From: a virus | DNA length: 64,000 nt | Direction: 5' to 3' (one strand) | Virus record (IMG/VR): IMGVR_UViG_3300025728_000145 | Span: 3,944 to 67,943 of that record | Shown: positions 57,219 to 64,000 of the stretch, piece after piece | How the letters are laid out: each line of letters opens with the position of its first letter | Numbering within the stretch: the stretch's first letter is position 1 | Made by a program: the position numbers and the translations under genes | The notes under the pieces: generated by a model | Told to the model about the DNA's origin: nothing | The model's input: the letters and a program-made list of their open reading frames with translations, nothing else | Databases searched by the model: none

Positions 57219-57471
57219 ATGGCTACAAACTGGTGAAACTTTCACCGAGCTTATTGAAGAAGGTCTCCGTGAAGAGGTCAAGCACTGGGCAAAACAGATG
57301 GACCTTGGAGAGAAGATTGCCACCCGTAAGGCGGATGACTGGGATGAGTCCGGAGGAACAACCTACCACTACTACCACAATGGCCGTGTGAAGGTGAACC
57401 AGTACACCACCCGCCAGCGTATGGGCAACAGTCCTATGCCCGAATTCCTCTCAAAGAAAAAGAAGAAATGA
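57219..57471 (+). pseudogene. Frameshifted gene (or sequencing error)
   Basis: Promoter and GGAGG RBS lead to ATG GCT ACA AAC TGG TGA; the +1 frame (GETFTELIEEGLREEV...KKKKK) stays open to TGA 57471. Confidence 0.55.
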
Positions 57472-58433
57472 CACAAAAAGAAGAAGCAGTATCAGCAGCC
57501 CGAAGATACGCCAACAAGTCTGGAAAGTACGCCATGTACATGGCCCCCTATGGTCCGTTGGATGGCGACATTATTAGCATGGTGGCCTACACTTCCACGC
57601 CTCAAATTTCGCTGGACCGTAGCATCCTTGTCTGCGCACGGACATGCAAGAAGGGTTACCTGTCCTCCAAGGGACGGATCAATGAAGCCAAGTATTACCG
57701 GGATTCCCGCATCGTCAATCGACAACGGGTACCCGGAACTCACCACATTGAACTTGTAACCGTCAAACTCATAAAGAGCCGATAATGCCAAGATCAAAAC
57801 CACCACGTAAGGGAATTGCATCCTCTGATGACGCTAAACTGTGTGGTCCTTTGGCAAACGTCAATAGGGTGAAGGTCATCCAGACCGTATACACGGATAA
57901 GATCAAGTTCGTCGCTTTTCCTGTTGAGTGGGCGGCTATTTCTGAGGTAGTATCAGTATCCCTTAGGTCTCAAGGCATAAAGAAGGGTACCAGCGACATA
58001 TGGTGGAAGGAATACAACAAGTGGAAAGCCACCCTTGATTCCTACAAGCCTATAGGTGTTGATACCTTTGAGGCCATCGTCTACGTAAGAAGGAAGTAAT
58101 CAAGTGTACAAACAACACCACAAAGACCTGAGTGTTACTATTGAGCATAAAGTCGAGTTTCTGGAGCCACTGTCGGATAACTTCCGAATCCAGTATACCT
58201 ATGAACTGTTCGGTGAGGGTAAGACGCTAACCAGCGATACTCTTCTCTCCCTAGCCGTTGATGACTCTGTGGCATATATTCTGAACCGAAAAAGAGGTGT
58301 TACGCGTCCTGAGGCACGAAGAGCCTTTGACAATGGACCTAAAGTCTGGGATGCTAGACTTCTTGAACATAAGCTAGTTGGCCCGGACACTTATCGGGCA
58401 ATCATTCGTGTCAAGAAGAAAGGATAAACTAAA

Positions 58434-58952
58434 ATCACATTCAAAATCATTGAGGGCGATCTCTTCGATCCCTCACACAACTTCAGCGCTCTCGCACAGG
58501 GAGTCAACTGCCAAGGCGTTATGGGTGCCGGTATTGCACCTCACTTCAAATCCCGATGGCCTAAGATGTTCGAAGAGTACAGCGATATCTGTCTCCGTTA
58601 CGGAGCCGCCATGGCTGGCCTCATGTCAAAGCACTGGACTCCCAATAGGTCACTTGTAACCTCGTGGGATTATGAGACGGAAACGGTGTTCGACCCTCTG
58701 TGGTATGGTGGAGTAATTTACAATCTCTATACCCAGAACATGCCCGGACCAGACGCCACATACCGCCAGCTTCAGTCCTGCATGATTCAGATGGTCCTTG
58801 ACGCTGATGACGAAGGGCTTGATTCCATTGGTGTCCCGCTTATCGGTGGAGGTCTCGGTGGCCTTGAGCCTCACAACGTCCGGACCATAATGGCATCCGT
58901 TTCCCGCACTTCTGAGGTTGAAGTCGTCCTTGTGGAGCGTCCCAATGAGTAA
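58434..58952 (+). CDS. Macrodomain (ADP-ribose binding/hydrolase) protein
   Basis: TFKIIEGDLF..AQGVNCQGVMGAGIA..IYNLYTQ..SIGVPLIGGGLGG; conserved N-terminus lies upstream of the tracked ATG 58521, apparent ATC start. Confidence 0.9.
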   Translation: MTFKIIEGDLFDPSHNFSALAQGVNCQGVMGAGIAPHFKSRWPKMFEEYSDICLRYGAAMAGLMSKHWTPNRSLVTSWDYETETVFDPLWYGGVIYNLYTQNMPGPDATYRQLQSCMIQMVLDADDEGLDSIGVPLIGGGLGGLEPHNVRTIMASVSRTSEVEVVLVERPNE

Positions 58953-59181
58953 CGGATTCAAGATTACCAACACAGCCGGTGAAACCTACCATGTTGACGC
59001 ATATACAGTTAAATTTGACAACCCAAACTATGTCAGATTTTATGACTACAATGGACGTTTCCTACAGGCGTTCCTTGCTCAAAGTGTCCTGATTGTGGAG
59101 AACCTTAAAGATTGACATCTTCACGGAAGGGCTATACACTTCTAATAACAAACCGTACAGCCCTTCCGTGAAAGGATACCA

Positions 59182-60105
59182 ATGGAACTTCTTATCATCC
59201 TCGCCATTCTCGCCCCAATCATCTTGGGAACCTCTGTAAAAGTATGGAGCAACTTCACGGATGGTAAGTACCAGATCGATAAGACCAAGAATCCTACGCT
59301 TTATCGCCTTCAGCGCCTCAACCAGTACATGTCCAATGAACAGCACAAGCTGTGGACTCAGGAACAGGAACGGAAGCAGCGTCTCCAACTATCTCAGTTG
59401 GAGACAGTCACCAATATCCAGATTGCAAAGTCTCTTCATGGGAAGCACATAGAGCATGAGAACTCCATCGATGACTGGGACCGTGACTTCGCAGCCATAG
59501 ATGCCGAGAAACGTAAGGCAGAGGAACTGGCAAAACAACAGGAGAAGCAGCGTATTGAGGCTGAGCGCCGAGAGAAGGAGCGCCAAGCCACCGAAGAACG
59601 GAACAGGATCGCCTACGAGAAGGCAAAGGCCGAACAGGTAGCACGTCAGTTGGAACTTGCCCAATGGACTGCTACTGAGGTTGCCCGTCAGAGGGCAAAG
59701 AAAAATTACACTCAGGATGGGGACGACGAGTACATTCTGTGTGAACCTAGCCCTCGCCGTCGTGCCATCGATGAGTCCTCCTACGGAACCCGTAAGATCA
59801 ACGTTCACCTTGTGAATGTTCGAGACTTCCCCTCCAAGGGGGCAAAGCAGACCGGTCGCCTTGAGATCGGTGATATCGTTCAGGTCACTCACTGGGCCAC
59901 CGGAGACACCCTGTATGGGAACAACATCTGGTTCAAGGTAGAAGACCAGCACAGGGAATACCTTGGCTGGATTTGGTCCGGTGCCGTGGATAAGCAGTCC
60001 ACGTCAGGCATCAAGCAGGATCACCCAACCAAGAAGTCCCTCAAGAAAGCGGCAGCAAACCCGGAAGAGTTTGCAGAGTACATGAAGAACGAAATGCTTT
60101 TCTAA
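59182..60105 (+). CDS. Membrane-anchored coiled-coil protein with C-terminal SH3b-like domain
   Basis: TM, heptads, then VNVRDFPS..GRLEIGDIVQV..GNNIWFKV..GWIWSG. Confidence 0.7.
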   Translation: MELLIILAILAPIILGTSVKVWSNFTDGKYQIDKTKNPTLYRLQRLNQYMSNEQHKLWTQEQERKQRLQLSQLETVTNIQIAKSLHGKHIEHENSIDDWDRDFAAIDAEKRKAEELAKQQEKQRIEAERREKERQATEERNRIAYEKAKAEQVARQLELAQWTATEVARQRAKKNYTQDGDDEYILCEPSPRRRAIDESSYGTRKINVHLVNVRDFPSKGAKQTGRLEIGDIVQVTHWATGDTLYGNNIWFKVEDQHREYLGWIWSGAVDKQSTSGIKQDHPTKKSLKKAAANPEEFAEYMKNEMLF

Positions 60106-60721
60106 GACAGGTATGGTAAACTGGTGATAACCTAATAGGAGAAACAATGAAGGAAAAAGTAGTCAAGGCTTACAGGGCCGCATGGAGGTGGCCTGAAGTC
60201 TATAGTGAGTCACCGGCAGTGATCTGGTCCTCCCGAGCCATTGCCTTCCTCCTGCCTGTCGTTTTGCTGTCTTTGACCTTCATTACCGGACTCCCCATCT
60301 TTGGATTCTCCGCAGCAGTGCTGGTTACATTGGTCATTGGATTAGCTCTTTTCTGGATCACTGTTGAGTCATTCTATAAAGAGTTTGATACTGTGGAAGA
60401 GTTCCAAGCCAAGGAAGCCCGTATCAAGGAGTTCTTCCACGGCTTCCCATCCATCACGGATGTCCCTCTTATCGAGAATGAACCCGGAGAGTGGGTTGCC
60501 TATGGGCACGTGGACCCAAAACAGTTCATAGAAGCCGTCCAGAAGGTCATCTACGAGGCTACGGGGGATGGAACCACCGCAGATAAGTACATCGGGCTGG
60601 AAGGCTCTGTAGGACACCTTTACGCCTCCTTCTCCAACCCTGAGGAAGGGCACTGGGGAGAAGGAATTGATCTTTGCAAGTCTTCCTCCGAAACTTGCTT
60701 CCCTATAACGAGAGTAACTGT

Positions 60722-61087
60722 ATGAAAGTACTTGTCACAGGTTCCCGAACATGGGATGATACCCTAACAATTTATTACGCATTTTGGGATTGGTGGAACA
60801 ATTCCGGAAAGCCTGTCCTTCCTCTTCTCATTTCCGGTGCCTGTCCCAAAGGTGCAGATGCCCAAGCAGAATTCATCTGGGAGCGCAACGGATGGCCCGT
60901 AGAGCGCCACCCTGCCGACTGGAACCGCCATGGGCGCAGCGCTGGGTTCAAACGTAACGAAGAGATGGTACTCCTGAAGCCTGATGTCTGCATAGCATTC
61001 ATCAAAGACAACTCCAAAGGCGCGACCCATACAGTCAACCTAGCCGACCGTAACGGAATACCAACGATAATTTACAGAGAAGGATAA
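60722..61087 (+). CDS. SLOG superfamily YspA/DUF2493-like protein
   Basis: MKVLVTGSRTW..ISGACPKGAD..HPADWNRHGRSAGFKRNEEMV..SKGATH. Confidence 0.85.
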   Translation: MKVLVTGSRTWDDTLTIYYAFWDWWNNSGKPVLPLLISGACPKGADAQAEFIWERNGWPVERHPADWNRHGRSAGFKRNEEMVLLKPDVCIAFIKDNSKGATHTVNLADRNGIPTIIYREG

Positions 61088-62148
61088 ATGGGATACTTCA
61101 TTATGAAACCCGACCCCGACGAAGATTTCTACGTCGAGTGGTCAACATATACGGATGAGCCAATTGCGTACGGACCCAAGAGCGAGTTCCAGACCGAAGA
61201 TCCGGAGCGATACAAGGACGATAGATTTGATCGCGCTGACAGGATAGGTACATCCTCCTATCTCGGTGAAATGAAGTTTGGGGTTGAATCCATGTGGATC
61301 TGCCAGCAATGGGAGATCCCAAGAAAGAACCTCAAATCGTATGTCGAAGAGACCTTCGAGATTGAGGGATTCCAACATTGGGAACCCCAGTTTGCTCCCA
61401 TTGTGGAGAAATACGCCACACGACTCGTCTTTGACGATTAACAATCCATCTAATACTAGGAGTAACATGAGAAATTTTAAAGAGGGCGATATCGTAACGA
61501 TACGTCTAGAGAAGTTGTCAGACTTCAAATATGTGCCCGGATTCCCGGATCGAGTGACTAACCCTACGGGAAAGGTTTCCTCTACATGGCGTCTTGACAA
61601 TACAGGAGCAGGAGTTATCACTATCCGACTTGACGCCTGTCCTGAGATCGCAAACCTTCAATTTGATGTGGATGATGTGGAACTTCTGGTTCCAGTTGAA
61701 CTGGACCTCCGTCTCAAGGCTGTCGAAGAAGCACTTGGACTGAATCAGTCGTAGTCTTGAGTCTCCCCAACAGATGTTGACAAGTCCCTTCTGATACGGT
61801 ATGCTGGTTCTACCAACAACCGATCAGGAGGGATTTCTCATGAGCTTTCGTACACAGGTACTCACCTACTGCAAGAAACATGACATCAAGGTCTACGATG
61901 ATTCAGTTACCGGATTCCGGGCCAGTGTCACTCTCTGGACACCAAAGGGAAAAGTCTTTTCGGCTACAGGAACACACAATGTCGTATCGACTTTCCTCAT
62001 CGAGCCACAGGTACACGTCAAGAATGACGCATGGGTCGAACTTGCAGGGGACATCCACTATGGACTGGAAGACTGCACTAACCGAACGTGCGAAACGTGT
62101 CACGAAGACGAAATTGACATCACTGAAGGAAAAGGATAAACTAACCAC

Positions 62149-63054
62149 ATGATTACATTTAAAGCCAAAGACAAGTCCGGAGAGATCATCAACTCTGCTC
62201 TCACCCCATTCTTCTTCCCAGCCGGTGAAGCACACACCAAGCGTGAAGAACAGCGAGACCTTGAACTCATCGAGATTGCTATCATTCAGCCCAATGCAGA
62301 CTCCATTCACGATGATCTCTTCCAGCTTGCCATGTGGAATGATTACCTCAAACAAGAGAATCTTGATCTTACGTCAACTCCGGATAAGCAAATCAAGCGT
62401 ATCCTTATTCTCCCCTACATGCCGGGAGCACGCGCTGATCGAGGAATGCCTTTTGGCCTCTCGATATACGCTGACTTCATTCGTAGTATGGAGTTGGATC
62501 AGATCATCATCTTTGATCCTCACTCTGGAGCCACTGGGGACCAACTCCATGCAGCGTCCGAAAATCAGACATATGTGAAGCCTCATGATCTCTTCGATCA
62601 GGTTCACATGCGTGCCATCCTCAACGGCTACACAGCCATCATTGCCCCTGACAAGGGCGCAGTAGGGCGTGCAAGCTCCGTAGCGGAACTCGCTGGACTT
62701 CCAGTCATCACGGCCACGAAGACCCGCGACGAAGCCACAGGGCGGCTCTCCAACTTCCACATCAACATTGAGGACAAAGAAGGTACATACCTTATCGTTG
62801 ATGACATCTGTGACGGTGGTGGAACCTTCCTTGGCCTTGCAGCGGCAGCAGGTCTGAGCTATGGTCAGCTTGATCTCTATGTTTCCCATGGAGTCTTCTC
62901 CAAGGAAGCCCTTCCGAATCTTGCCAAGACGTTTGATTACGTCTACACCACAAACTCCTACAACCCTACCCGTGACCTCATCGACGGCGACCAGAACCGT
63001 ACCTTCAAGCGCTTCGATGTCATCCGTCCGATGCTTGACAGGATCTCCTACTGA
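62149..63054 (+). CDS. Ribose-phosphate pyrophosphokinase-like protein (probable Adps)
   Basis: FPAGEAH, LPYMPGARADR, FDPHS, IAPDKGA, LIVDDICDGGGTF, VSHGVFS. Confidence 0.92.
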   Translation: MITFKAKDKSGEIINSALTPFFFPAGEAHTKREEQRDLELIEIAIIQPNADSIHDDLFQLAMWNDYLKQENLDLTSTPDKQIKRILILPYMPGARADRGMPFGLSIYADFIRSMELDQIIIFDPHSGATGDQLHAASENQTYVKPHDLFDQVHMRAILNGYTAIIAPDKGAVGRASSVAELAGLPVITATKTRDEATGRLSNFHINIEDKEGTYLIVDDICDGGGTFLGLAAAAGLSYGQLDLYVSHGVFSKEALPNLAKTFDYVYTTNSYNPTRDLIDGDQNRTFKRFDVIRPMLDRISY

Positions 63055-63267
63055 TGGCTTGGTTGTGGTCCCTTGATGGACTTCTGTGGATTGCCGCCGT
63101 GGTCCTGTTCTTTGCAGGGTTCGGCATAGCTTCTCTGATTTGCGGTATCTTAGGATTACTGCTAGCATTGGTTCTAATGGGAACGAGCGATTGGTTCTCT
63201 TGGTATGTCGTCATTGATTCTCTTGGCGATCTCTTCAAATTCTTAGACTAAGGAAAGGTCAAAATAA

Positions 63268-64000
63268 ATGTTCTTCCTCAATCCCCTTCTCGCCACTGAC
63301 TCTTACAAGCAGTCCCACAAGGACATGTACCCTGAAGGACTCGAATACGTTGAGTCCAACTTCACTGCCCGTGGTTCGCGCCTTGATGGTGTCGCCCATG
63401 TTGTACACTTTGGACTTCAGGCATGGCTCACGGACTTCACCGAAAGCTGGCAGCGATTCTTTGATGCTCCCAAGGATAAGGTCATGGAAGAATACCGGAG
63501 GAACATTGAAACCTTTGTCTCTCCCGGATTCTCCTACAGGCAGCTTGGAGACCTTCACGATCTCGGATACCTTCCTCTTCGCTTCGACGCCGTTCCTGAA
63601 GGAACCCTTGTTCCGATTAAGGTTCCATCCGTCCTGATCAAATCCACCCACAAGGACTTCGCTTGGCTGGTAAACTTCATCGAGTCCGATCTGTCCGCTG
63701 GCATTTGGCACCCGTCCACGGTCGCCACCATTGCTTGGGACTTGCGTCGCATCTTCAACAAGGCCGCAGAGGAAACAGGAGGTGCCCCTGAGGCAACCGA
63801 TTGGCAGCTTCACGACTTCTCCTACCGTGGACAAGTCAACCGAGAGGCTGCTATGTCTTCGGGTGCTGCTCACTTGCTCTCCAGTCTTGGTTCTGACGCT
63901 GTTCCTGCTGTCCCGTGGATTCACTTCTACTATGACGGAGACAATGGCCTCATTGCGGCTTCTGTACCTGCTACGGAGCACTCCGTCATGTGTGCCGGTG
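63268..64000 (+). CDS. Nicotinamide phosphoribosyltransferase-like protein (probable Namat), partial
   Basis: Hand translation: MFFLNPLLATDSYKQSHKDMYPEG..VHFGLQ..AVPEGTLVP..WHPSTVAT..LHDFSYRG..GAAHL..SVPATEHSVMCAG; runs off right edge. Confidence 0.93.
   Translation, partial: MFFLNPLLATDSYKQSHKDMYPEGLEYVESNFTARGSRLDGVAHVVHFGLQAWLTDFTESWQRFFDAPKDKVMEEYRRNIETFVSPGFSYRQLGDLHDLGYLPLRFDAVPEGTLVPIKVPSVLIKSTHKDFAWLVNFIESDLSAGIWHPSTVATIAWDLRRIFNKAAEETGGAPEATDWQLHDFSYRGQVNREAAMSSGAAHLLSSLGSDAVPAVPWIHFYYDGDNGLIAASVPATEHSVMCAG

Noticed and set aside
62374-63981. 264-aa and 240-aa minus-strand ORFs
   Set aside because: Antisense shadows of the PRS-like and NAMPT-like genes

Overview
This is a 64 kb segment of a large, probably lytic, dsDNA tailed phage of roughly 50% GC by eye. 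The host is probably an actinobacterium, inferred from TTGACN-17/18-TAGACT promoters, many leaderless genes and GGAGG/AAGGA RBSs. The window opens inside a minus-strand terminase large subunit. About 1.3-35.6 kb is a dense + strand run of small hypothetical and membrane genes in several paralogous families, interrupted by a non-coding region with two DnaA boxes (31.3-31.9 kb) and a structured RNA candidate (33.1 kb). A small-terminase-like gene (35.7 kb) and a DGQHR (ParB/DndB-like) gene follow. The DGQHR gene is flanked by non-coding hairpin units and a dense, strand-polarised TGC(C/G)G motif array. From about 40 to 51.5 kb lies an early-like module of one- or two-gene cassettes, most headed by a fused AAAACTTTT/hairpin/sigma-70 promoter element, converging at about 49.6 kb. 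The right end holds a holin/collagen-like membrane cassette, a macrodomain, an SH3b-like protein, a SLOG/YspA protein and a PRPP-synthetase-like plus NAMPT-like pair matching the NARP1 NAD+ reconstitution pathway, truncated at the window end. I saw no tRNA, rRNA, CRISPR array, integrase or transposase. All functional calls rest on motif recognition by eye, not database searches.
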